From: Candidatus Marinacidobacterales bacterium
GTDB lineage: Bacteria; Acidobacteriota; Vicinamibacteria; Marinacidobacterales; SMYC01
Length of the DNA stretch: 64,000 nucleotides
Direction of reading: 5' to 3'
Assembly: GCA_965224085.1 (NCBI GenBank)
Contig: CBDCYI010000011.1
Coordinates: 928,001-992,000 of the forward strand
Position numbers and translations under genes: made by a program. Below the pieces are notes generated by a model that was not told the DNA's origin, did not search any database, and worked only from the letters and a program-made list of their open reading frames with translations. This document shows positions 39,006 to 47,831 of this stretch, one piece after another; position 1 is the stretch's first letter, and each line of letters begins with the position of its first letter.

Positions 39006-39266
39006 CGATAGCTGAAAACAACGGACTACGAAGTCATGATACGCTCTACCCTGTTAACCCTAATCGCAAATAAACGTCACCGTGTCTGAGGTCTTTGGCC
39101 CCGTGAATAGCACCTTTTCCAGGTTCTGCATACACCGTGCAGAATCACCTATCGTGGCGGCGAGCGGGTGCCCCAGCATGAGCTTCTCGCCTGCGCCCAG
39201 TGCGGCTGTTTCGCGTTTTCGTGCTTCGAAGATTTTGCGATTAGGGTTAACAAGCCTAATCCATAC

Positions 39267-39608
39267 ATGAAGACCGACAAACAAGTAGACTACCCGTGTC
39301 TGATCGTGCCCGACGATCTTGGAAAGCGAACGCACTTCCCCATCAGGCGCCGAGAAGCGACGGTTGGCCGAGATCCGTCCAACGATATCTGTATTCCGGA
39401 TCATCTAGTGAGCAAGTTTCACGCGAAGCTTCTGGTCTCGAACCAGAGTGTCACGGTGATCGATCTCGACAGTGTCAACAGGACGCGCGTCAACGGTCAG
39501 GTGGTGACCCACGCGGCCGTAAAATATGGCGATGAGCTTCAATTCGCACGTGTGAAATGCGAACTGGTGTTCACGGACACCGAGCGGCGTTCGTCGAGAA
39601 TCGGATGA
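39267..39608 (+). CDS. Stand-alone FHA domain protein
   Basis: VGRDPSND, VSKFHA, SVNRTRVNG, GDEL; start uncertain. Confidence 0.85.
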   Translation: MKTDKQVDYPCLIVPDDLGKRTHFPIRRREATVGRDPSNDICIPDHLVSKFHAKLLVSNQSVTVIDLDSVNRTRVNGQVVTHAAVKYGDELQFARVKCELVFTDTERRSSRIG

Positions 39609-40056
39609 GCCTGTCCGAAAAACTCCATTCCGAGCTCGCGCTGGCCATGAAGGCCAAGCAGCGGACGCGTGTCGGTGTCATTCGACTGATCAAGGCAGCC
39701 CTCAAGAACAAAGAAATAGAGAATGGCAAGTCGCTCTCGACGGAAGAGGAGAACCAAGTTCTCCAGACGATGGTCAAACAGCGCAACGAAGCGATGGAGC
39801 AGTTCGAAAAGGAGGTCGCTCCGATCTCGCGAAGAAGGAGGCCGAGGAAAAGGAGATCATCCAGGCCTATCTGCCGGACGCGGTCTCTGAGGACGAGATC
39901 GAGCGCGTTGCCATCGAGGTCATCGAGGAGCTCGGTGCGAGCTCGCCCAAGGACATGGGAAGCGTCATGAAGGAGACCATGGCCCGGCTTAAAGGTTTGG
40001 GAAAGCCGGTGGATGGCAAGGCGGTGAACACCGTCGTTCGTACGAAGCTGTCTTGA
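39605..40056 (+). CDS. GatB/YqeY domain protein, one-base frameshift near 39810
   Basis: AMKAK...IKAALKNKEI..MVKQRNEAMEQFE; shifted frame continues GGRSDLAKKEAEEKEIIQAYLP...KDMGSVMK...DGKAVN to TGA 40056. Confidence 0.85.
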
Positions 40057-40065
40057 CGCGGAGCC

Positions 40066-40974
40066 GTGCTCAAGCCCGAAGCGATGCGACCCGGCGCTCT
40101 CGTCGGGATCATAGCACCCGCGAGCCCGGTCAAGAAGGAGTTCGTCGAGGCCGGACTCGCCGCTCTCGAAAAGCTTGGATTCAGGCCGCGACTTGGAAGG
40201 TATCTCTACGAGCGCGGGAACTACACGGCGGGCACGGCGCGGGAGCGCCTCGACGATCTCGTGGAGCTGTGGCGAGATCCCGAAGTGTGTGCGATCTTTT
40301 GCGCTCGCGGGGGCTACGGGAGCATGGAGCTTTTACGAGAGCTCGACGCCGAGAGCTTCCGTAGAAACCCGAAAATCCTACTCGGCTCGAGTGACATCAC
40401 GGCATTGCTCGGCTTCCTCGGGGCGCGTGCGAACCTGATTACCTTCCATGGTCCGATGGTGGCCCAGCAAATGGCGCGCGGAGCGTTCGATGCCGCGGGG
40501 CTTGTTCGAACGATTCAGTCCACGGATGCGATAGGCACTCTGACGCCGCCCGGAACCGAATGGCTTCATCCGGGCACAGCGGAAGGAAGGCTTTGGGGCG
40601 GTTGTCTCTCCATCGTCGCTGCGCTCGTGGGAACGCCTTTTCTTCCGTCCTTCGACGACGCCCTGCTTTTTCTCGAGGACAGCCACGTCAAGCCGTACCA
40701 AATCGACCGCCTGCTGACCCAACTGCGCCTCTCGGGCCGACTGGAATTGGTCCAAGGCATCGTCTTCGGCCAAATGCCGGATTGCGACCAGCATCCGGAT
40801 CAAGGCTATACGCTCCAAGAGATGTTGCGGGAGTGGACGGCCCCGCTCGGCATTCCCGTGCTTTTCGGTTTTCCCTCTGGGCATACGACTACCGATGGTC
40901 TGACGCTACCCCTCGGCATCCAGGTTCGCCTTGATAGCAACGGTCTTCATTTGCTCGAGGGTGCCGTCAAGTGA
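40066..40974 (+). CDS. LD-carboxypeptidase (peptidase S66)
   Basis: APASP, RGGYG, GSSDIT (Ser), HGPM, LFLED (Glu), SGH (His). Confidence 0.92.
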   Translation: MLKPEAMRPGALVGIIAPASPVKKEFVEAGLAALEKLGFRPRLGRYLYERGNYTAGTARERLDDLVELWRDPEVCAIFCARGGYGSMELLRELDAESFRRNPKILLGSSDITALLGFLGARANLITFHGPMVAQQMARGAFDAAGLVRTIQSTDAIGTLTPPGTEWLHPGTAEGRLWGGCLSIVAALVGTPFLPSFDDALLFLEDSHVKPYQIDRLLTQLRLSGRLELVQGIVFGQMPDCDQHPDQGYTLQEMLREWTAPLGIPVLFGFPSGHTTTDGLTLPLGIQVRLDSNGLHLLEGAVK

Positions 40975-42389
40975 TCCCCTCGATCGGACAGGGGCCCGTT
41001 CATCTTCTCGGGATCGGAGGCACCGCGATGGCCTCGTTGGCGGGTCTTCTGAACGAGAAAGGGATCGAGGTCACGGGGTCCGATCAGAACCTTTACCCTC
41101 CGATGTCGGACCTCCTCAAAAAACTGAAGATCGAAGCTCGGATGCCGTATCGCGCCGAGAACATCCCGCGCGAGGCGAAGCTCGTCGTCGTCGGCAACGC
41201 ATTGTCGCGCGGCAATGCCGAGATCGAAGCGGTTCTCCGCTCGGGAGTTCCGTATACGTCGATGGCGGAAGTTCTGAAGGAAGTCTTCCTGCGCGATCGG
41301 CTGCCGATCGTGGTCGCTGGAACACATGGGAAAACGACGACGAGCTCGCTCTTGGCCTGGCTTCTCACGAGCGCGGGACGTCAGCCGGGCTTTCTCGTGG
41401 GCGGGATCCCGCTCAACATGGGTTTGAGCTTTAGCGTCGGCGAGGGTGAAGCTTTCGTTGTGGAGGGAGACGAGTACGACACCGCTTATTTCGACAAAGG
41501 TCCCAAATTCATGCACTACCTTCCGCGCGTGGGGGTCCTCGGCAATGTGGAGTTCGACCATGCCGACATCTACCGCGACGTCGAGGATGTGGAGCGTGCG
41601 TTCCGGCTCTTTGTGAATCTCGTGCCGACGAACGGGCTCCTCGTCGTCGGACGCGAGAGCGAGCGCGCTGCCGCGATCGCCGACACCGCGCCTTGTCCCG
41701 TGACGAGCTTCGCCGTTTCAGGTGATGCGGACTGGACAGCGGAAGTTCGCTCCTCGGATGGCGACGGGAGCCGATTCCTCGTGCGGCACGGGCGCGGCAA
41801 AGCACTGGATGTGCGCGGTTATTTCTGGGGAGCTGCGGCACTCAGGAACGTGCTGGCCACGATTGCCGTGGCCGACCATCTCGACCTGAGCGCAGGCGAG
41901 ATCCAGACGGCGCTTTCCAGTTTCCAAGGCGTCAAAAGACGGGTCGAGATTGTTGGTGAGGAGCGCGGCGTTACCGTCGTCGATGATTTCGCGCATCATC
42001 CCACGGCCGTGAGAGAGACACTCTCTGGGTCGCGCCGGCGTTTTGCCGAGAGAAAAATCTGGGCCATCTTCGAGCCTCGCTCGTTCACTGCACGCAGCAA
42101 CGTGTTTCAAACCGAGTTGGCCGAGGCTCTCGGTCTCGCCGACGCCGTCATCGTCTCGGAGGTTTATAAGAGCGCGGGTCTTCCGAAGAAGCAAGAGCTA
42201 TCGGAAGAACAGTTGATTGCGGATCTGCGCGCAGAAGGCGTCAACGCGCACTTCGAGGCGGACGCCGATTCGATCGTAGGTCACTTGAGCCAGGAATGTG
42301 TCGATGGCGACGTCGTGATCGTCATGTCGAACGGAGGCTTCGGCGGGCTCAAGGAGAAGCTTCTGCGTGCGCTCAGCGGAGAAGAGTAA
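40971..42389 (+). CDS. mpl: UDP-MurNAc:L-Ala-gamma-D-Glu-meso-DAP ligase
   Basis: GIGGTAM, YPPMS, AGTHGKTTT, EGDEYDTAYFDK, DDFAHHPTA, FEPRS, MSNGGFG. Confidence 0.95.
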   Translation: MIPSIGQGPVHLLGIGGTAMASLAGLLNEKGIEVTGSDQNLYPPMSDLLKKLKIEARMPYRAENIPREAKLVVVGNALSRGNAEIEAVLRSGVPYTSMAEVLKEVFLRDRLPIVVAGTHGKTTTSSLLAWLLTSAGRQPGFLVGGIPLNMGLSFSVGEGEAFVVEGDEYDTAYFDKGPKFMHYLPRVGVLGNVEFDHADIYRDVEDVERAFRLFVNLVPTNGLLVVGRESERAAAIADTAPCPVTSFAVSGDADWTAEVRSSDGDGSRFLVRHGRGKALDVRGYFWGAAALRNVLATIAVADHLDLSAGEIQTALSSFQGVKRRVEIVGEERGVTVVDDFAHHPTAVRETLSGSRRRFAERKIWAIFEPRSFTARSNVFQTELAEALGLADAVIVSEVYKSAGLPKKQELSEEQLIADLRAEGVNAHFEADADSIVGHLSQECVDGDVVIVMSNGGFGGLKEKLLRALSGEE

Positions 42390-42471
42390 GAGGACGGGAG
42401 CGTTCAGTTTGCACTCTCCTAGCCTCTAACCAGTCAGAACCGTGGGTTTTCACGTTTACAGTAGGAAAATA

Positions 42472-43962
42472 TCACCGCAAAGGCGATTCTGGCGATTTAG
42501 ATTTAGAGGCTAGCTCGTGCTCCGCGACGGCGGTCGGTTGCCCGGAGCCATCGACGGGCAAGTAGAAACGCACCTGGGTGCCGACCCCCTCCTCGCTTTC
42601 GACGGTGATCTGTCCGCCGTGGTCTTCCACGAACTTCTGAGCGATGAGCATCCCGAGACCGATGCCCTCCGATTTCCCGTAGGAGAAGAACGGCTCGAAG
42701 ATGCGATGCTGCACTTCCTCGGGAATCCCGCTTCCGTCATCTTCGACCGACAAACATACGCGGTTGCCAAAGGACTCCGAGCGCAGGATCAACTCGCCGC
42801 CATCGGACATCGCTTGGCACGCGTTGATGGCAACATTCCACAGCGCGCGGTCCAGTCTCTTCTTATCGACGAAGATTTCTCCCGAATAGCCGAGCTCGAG
42901 CTCGACGCGAATATGGCGCTCCGCAAACTGAGTGTGCAATCTTGCCGCGAGAGCTCCGAGATACGGAGCCGGGCGAAACCATTCGAGAGAGAGGTCGAAA
43001 TGACCGCCGCGCGTGAACTCGAGCAGCTCGTCGACCATGTGATTCAAGCGATCGCATTCCTCGACCACGCTATGCCCATAGGCGCTGCGCTCTCGCTTGC
43101 TGAGCTCGAGATTCGTCAACATTCCGGCATAGCCGCGAAGCGCCGTCAGAGGACTGCGAAAATCGTGAACAATGGAGCCGATCATACGACCGACGGCCGA
43201 GAGCCGCTCGAACTGGATGCGCTCCTGCGTCAGGTGAATATTGCGAAGCGCGGTCGCGGTTTGAAGAGTCAAGATCGAGAGAAGCTTCTGTCCCTCGGGG
43301 CCGAATCCGTCTCCGGTGCGCAGGACAAGAAGCCCGAGAAGCTCCGCCTGATAGGCAATCGGTAGAAAAAGCCGGCTCCCGTGCTCGAAAGCGGTCGGGA
43401 CTTCGTCGTGGCCTCGTGAAACGCGCGCGAGCATCGCGCGACGCTCGTCACGTCCCATATGCCCCGGGCCGGGTTGGTCCGGGTGCCATAGGGCACGGGA
43501 GTGAATGGCGTCACAACCCTTATAAAGCACTTCCACCGTGCGGACTTTGGCGAGCTGCTCCGCGGCCCCCTGCGTCTTTCGAAGGATGGCCTGGATGTCG
43601 AAGCTACCGGCGAGGGCGACACCGACGTCGCTGAGCGATTCGAGGAGCTGGTTACGTGCCCTCAGCCCTTCCAGCTCGAAGCGCCCGAGGATGTCGCGCA
43701 CCATCGGCCTCAGCGTTTCGGGGGCGCGGTTCTCGGCATCGGGCAAACGATAGACCATGACAGGGAGCTCCGCGTCAAAAGAGCCCTCCATCAATGCGCC
43801 TACGAGCTCGGTGCCGGACTCGAGAGCCCGTTCGATCCACTCCCGCGCTTCGTCGACCGAGTCGAAGCACTCGAGGGAATAGGCGTCGTCCGGTTCTGGA
43901 CGGAGCATCGCCTCGAGCTCTGGATGCGCTTGTGAGACGTAGACGATGGTGGGCTTGTTCAT
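42472..43962 (-). CDS. Cytoplasmic GAF-domain sensor histidine kinase
   Basis: GAF-like segment; IVHDFRSPL H-box; NVAINA, DDGSG, FEPFF, GIGLG. Confidence 0.9.
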   Translation of the reverse strand: MNKPTIVYVSQAHPELEAMLRPEPDDAYSLECFDSVDEAREWIERALESGTELVGALMEGSFDAELPVMVYRLPDAENRAPETLRPMVRDILGRFELEGLRARNQLLESLSDVGVALAGSFDIQAILRKTQGAAEQLAKVRTVEVLYKGCDAIHSRALWHPDQPGPGHMGRDERRAMLARVSRGHDEVPTAFEHGSRLFLPIAYQAELLGLLVLRTGDGFGPEGQKLLSILTLQTATALRNIHLTQERIQFERLSAVGRMIGSIVHDFRSPLTALRGYAGMLTNLELSKRERSAYGHSVVEECDRLNHMVDELLEFTRGGHFDLSLEWFRPAPYLGALAARLHTQFAERHIRVELELGYSGEIFVDKKRLDRALWNVAINACQAMSDGGELILRSESFGNRVCLSVEDDGSGIPEEVQHRIFEPFFSYGKSEGIGLGMLIAQKFVEDHGGQITVESEEGVGTQVRFYLPVDGSGQPTAVAEHELASKSKSPESPLR

Positions 43963-44160
43963 GAGTCCGATTTGGGGGCACTCTTGTGGTGCTACGACCA
44001 GCTTTTCAAAAGTCAGACGCTAACAACGATGTATGAAGAGGCCATCATTATACACGATCGGGCGCTCGACGGTCCACGCTGGCTCGGAAACGTGTTAAAA
44101 TGGATCCCGGTAACTGATTGACCACATTGAAATAACTGCTGGAAGGACGGGCGGAGCGGA

Positions 44161-45548
44161 TTGTCCCGGCGAAATGAGTTTTTGCTTGGCCAGATGTCCG
44201 ACTGGGTCGACCGGCTCGAAGAGACCGGGCGCACGGAGTTTCTTTTCGAGCTCGAGATGTGGCTTCGGAGCTTCGAAAGATACTTCCGCACCCGCAATCA
44301 ACCCCTTTCGGAAGATTCGAGCCGCACACTCGCTATCCGTAGTTTCTATGACGAGATCGGGCTCGTGTCCCATGCGATCGAACGCGTCACGAAAATCTGC
44401 CCGCTCCTATCGAGCGAAGATCAAGTCAGCCATGAACGTTTCGAGAAATATGTCGAGAACTTTCTCAAAGCGGATGACATTGCTGATCCTTATGTAGCGC
44501 GACTTCTGCGACAGAACAGCCCTCAGTCCGGTCTGACACTTCTCCGAGAGAGCTTCGAGGATCTCCTGCTTTTGCTCACCGAGCTCTCGAAGCTCTCGCG
44601 AATCCCTTACTCAACGTTTCAGGCCATCGGACGCCTCATCTATCGCGAGACTCGCAGGAACGACTATCTCAGTCTGTTGATGGATCGCCGTTTCATCCCT
44701 GTCTATGACCGCATTACTGCCGAGCCGATCACGCAACTGATGCAGCACATCGACGATCGGGAGCGTCGCCGCGTCGTGGCCGCTACTTTCCTGCAGTTCT
44801 TCCGCCAGCTTCACTACCTCGAATATGCCGACCCGCGTCGGCGGCACTTGGAGGAGCTCCGTACAAGCGTCTTGATTTTTTCACTTGTCGCTTCGGAGAC
44901 GCGGGCGCTCGTCGACTACATACAGTTGGCGCAAGTGCGCTTGGGGAGGGAGTCCGGCTTTCCCGAATCTTTCGAGAGTTTCATCTACTGTGTGCATCTG
45001 GAGCTTCGGAAGGTGATCCGAACCGAGCTCACCGAGCTGACGTCTTTCAAACAAGCCGACGCTGTGTACATGAAGATCGAGAACTCGCACGGGATTTTGC
45101 GGGACTGCTTTCAGCAAAGCGTGATCCAGCTCGCGCGAGGATTCGACCCGGACATCGACGGCCACCAGATTTTCCCCAATACCGGACCCATCTCGATCAA
45201 TCGCAAATGTTGAGGCACGATCTAATCACGCTCACGCTCTCAGTGCACAAGTTCGGCCAAGAGCCGAGCGAGGAAGGCGCCGACGCTCTGAAACGTCTAA
45301 TCTCGCGCTTTTGCGACCGTTCTCTCCGTTTTCTCATGTATCGCGATTGGTCCAGTTTCGATTCCTTCGCCACCGAGTTCCTAAAATGCGACAGCGTTCC
45401 CGGTATGCTCCAACTAGCCCATCGATTCGAAACCTACTTGAAGACTCTAGTGCGTGAAGTCAACGAGCGATCCGTTCTAAGCGGAACCGCGGACGAAGGC
45501 GGCGCGGAGGACGAAACCTCCAACGAAAACCGCGTCAAACTAATTTAG
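44161..45548 (+). CDS. All-alpha hypothetical protein split by a one-base frameshift near 45179
   Basis: 350-aa ORF ends just where a 113-aa ORF begins; adding one base gives continuous IFP.YRTHLDQSQMLRHDL...LMYRDW. Confidence 0.7.
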
Positions 45549-45737
45549 CAAAAGGATTGATCAGAGTGGACAGAGAAGATTCTCGCCGCTTAAGTTTTAG
45601 TCACCGCTTGGATTGGATGGTTTCCTGCAGTGAGAAGGTCTCGCTGGCGCGAACGCACAAGTAGCTATTTTCATTTTTTTCTTTTTTTCCGTTACCCTTC
45701 TAACAACTCCGCTTGCTCTTCGCGTTGTCTATGAGGA

Positions 45738-46835
45738 CTATTGGGAGCTCGAGGCGGGTCTGGGCTCGAGCGTATCGGCCTCGGAGATGCTGGCTTTCAA
45801 CGCTTCGATAACTTTCGGATCGAACTGGGTGCCTGTATGGGCTTCCATCTCTCTCAACGCCATCTCGTAGGGCAGGGGAGACTTGTAGGAGCTCGTGCTT
45901 GTGATGACGTCGAAGGCCTCGCATACGCCGACGATGCGAGCGCCGAGCGGGATGGCCTTTCCCTCGAGCTTATTTGGATAGCCACGTCCGTCCCAACGCT
46001 CGTGGTGGTGGAGGATCACCGGGGCGAGTTGTTTCCAGAAGATGATGTCTTTGATCATCTCGTATCCCAGGATTGGATGGAGCTCGATGCGCTCGCGCGT
46101 CCATTCTGCGTTCGTGTCGAGCTTGAGGAGGCCGATATCGTGCAGGAGCCCCGCGAAATAGAGCTCTCGTTGCTCTGCTTCCGACAGGCCGAGACCCGTC
46201 GCCACGAGACGGGCATAGCGGGCCACTCGGCGCGCGTGGCCTTCCTTGATCGGAACGTGGGTGTCCATGGCGCCGATGAGGATCTCCCTTACGTGGGTGA
46301 AGTAGTTGTTCTGGGCGTCCTGAAGGCGCACGTGCTCGATCGATATCGCCGCCTGGTCAGCGAGGCTGAACAGAAGAGTTTGATCCTCTTCGTCGAACTT
46401 GCCGTCGTCCTTCTTGTTGAGAAGCTCGAGCACACCAATGACGCGTCCTTCAAAAGTCAGGGGCACGCACAGAATGGAACGTGTCTCGAACCCACTCTCC
46501 CGGTCGACGCCCCCCTCGAAACGCGGATCCTTGGCGACGTCGTTCACGATCGCGGGCTCGCCGATACTGGCCGTCCAGCCAGCGACCCCTTGACCGGGCT
46601 CCAGGCTCATCGGCTTGACCGCCCGGGCAGCGCGGCCGGAGGCCGAGTGAAAGCGAAGCTTGCCCTCGTCGTCATAGAGCAGAATAGAGCTCGCCTCCGC
46701 TCCAACGGTCTCAGCGGCCGTCTCGACAATGGTAGACAACAATATGTCGAGATGAATGATGCCGCGATACGCTTTGGTGACCTCGAGGACCGCGGTAAGT
46801 TTCTTGACGTACTCTGCGGGATCGCTCAGTTTCAT
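45738..46835 (-). CDS. GAF plus HD-GYP phosphohydrolase
   Basis: GAF (SILCVPL..VIGVLELLNKK..FDEEDQ); HARRVA, LHDIG, HHERWDGRGYP. Confidence 0.9.
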   Translation of the reverse strand: MKLSDPAEYVKKLTAVLEVTKAYRGIIHLDILLSTIVETAAETVGAEASSILLYDDEGKLRFHSASGRAARAVKPMSLEPGQGVAGWTASIGEPAIVNDVAKDPRFEGGVDRESGFETRSILCVPLTFEGRVIGVLELLNKKDDGKFDEEDQTLLFSLADQAAISIEHVRLQDAQNNYFTHVREILIGAMDTHVPIKEGHARRVARYARLVATGLGLSEAEQRELYFAGLLHDIGLLKLDTNAEWTRERIELHPILGYEMIKDIIFWKQLAPVILHHHERWDGRGYPNKLEGKAIPLGARIVGVCEAFDVITSTSSYKSPLPYEMALREMEAHTGTQFDPKVIEALKASISEADTLEPRPASSSQ

Positions 46836-46957
46836 TTAAATACCGGATTACTGAGACGGAGCAGAGCGACAGCGTCGCCCAATTTGCGGGTCAGAATAGC
46901 ATGCGTCACGAGGAAGCGTCAATCGATCGCGCGTGTTCGTCTCACTTTCCCCCAAAG

Positions 46958-46987
46958 TTGACAGACTTGAATGGGCCATGCTATCTT
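46958..46987 (+). promoter_or_regulatory. Putative sigma70 promoter of the cNMP-FHA gene
   Basis: TTGACA-18 nt-TATCTT with extended -10 TG. Confidence 0.55.
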
Positions 46988-47030
46988 GCTGTAGTACAAG
47001 GACGTAGCCCATCTAACCACTCGAGCAAGT

Positions 47031-47825
47031 ATGGCTGGCAAAGAAAATCCGTTTGCCAAATTCCTGACGCGTTTCTCGAAAGGCGACTTCGTATTTCGCC
47101 AGGGTGAGGAAGGCGACGAGATGTTCATCGTGCAATCGGGACAGGTCGCCATCCGCAAGACGATTGCCGGCAAGCGCAAGACGGTCAACGTTCTCGAAAA
47201 AGGAGACTTTTTCGGCGAAATGTCGGTTCTCGAGCGCCTCCCAAGGACAGCCGACGCCGAGGTCCTCGAAGATACCGGCGTCATCTCGATTAATAGCGCG
47301 ACGTTCGGCGAGATGATCCGCTCCAATCCCGAAATCGCGGTCCGTATGTTGAGGAAGTACTCGATGCGGATGCGGGAATATTCCGATCAGCTCGAAAAAC
47401 TAATGGCCGAGCCAGCGGCCGCGTCGAGTTCGGATCAAGAGCTTCCCGACGTCGACGAGCCGATGCAGGCCCGCGAAGGCACGGTCCCGTCGACGGGAAC
47501 AGCGGCCGCCTATTTCGTTGCCAAAGAAAGCGGAAAGATCTATCCGATCTTTAAGGACGAAGTGCTCATCGGCCGTTACGACTCGGTCACGGGCCATCGA
47601 CCCGAGATCGACTTGACGGACGAAGACAACAACCGCAACGTCAGCCGCCGCCACGCGCGCCTTCTGTTCAAGGACGATACCTATTATGTCGCCGAAGAAA
47701 TCGGAACGATGAACGGGACGTATATCAACGGTGACCGTATTCCGACTGGAGTCCTCACACCGGTGAAGGACGGCGACGAAGTCACCCTTTGCCGCGTACC
47801 CGTCATATTCAAGACCGCTGAGTAG
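47031..47825 (+). CDS. cNMP-binding plus FHA domain protein
   Basis: FFGEMSVLERLPRTADA cassette; FHA (LIGRYD, VSRRHA, MNGTYING, DGDEV). Confidence 0.92.
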   Translation: MAGKENPFAKFLTRFSKGDFVFRQGEEGDEMFIVQSGQVAIRKTIAGKRKTVNVLEKGDFFGEMSVLERLPRTADAEVLEDTGVISINSATFGEMIRSNPEIAVRMLRKYSMRMREYSDQLEKLMAEPAAASSSDQELPDVDEPMQAREGTVPSTGTAAAYFVAKESGKIYPIFKDEVLIGRYDSVTGHRPEIDLTDEDNNRNVSRRHARLLFKDDTYYVAEEIGTMNGTYINGDRIPTGVLTPVKDGDEVTLCRVPVIFKTAE

Positions 47826-47831
47826 CGCGGC

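Noticed and set aside
45549-45737. Possible ncRNA or small ORF between convergent genes
   Set aside because: No recognisable RNA family motif; only a T-rich tract and a ~25-codon ORF without support
45741-46961. 406-aa plus-strand ORF
   Set aside because: Mirrors the GAF-HD-GYP gene on the opposite strand
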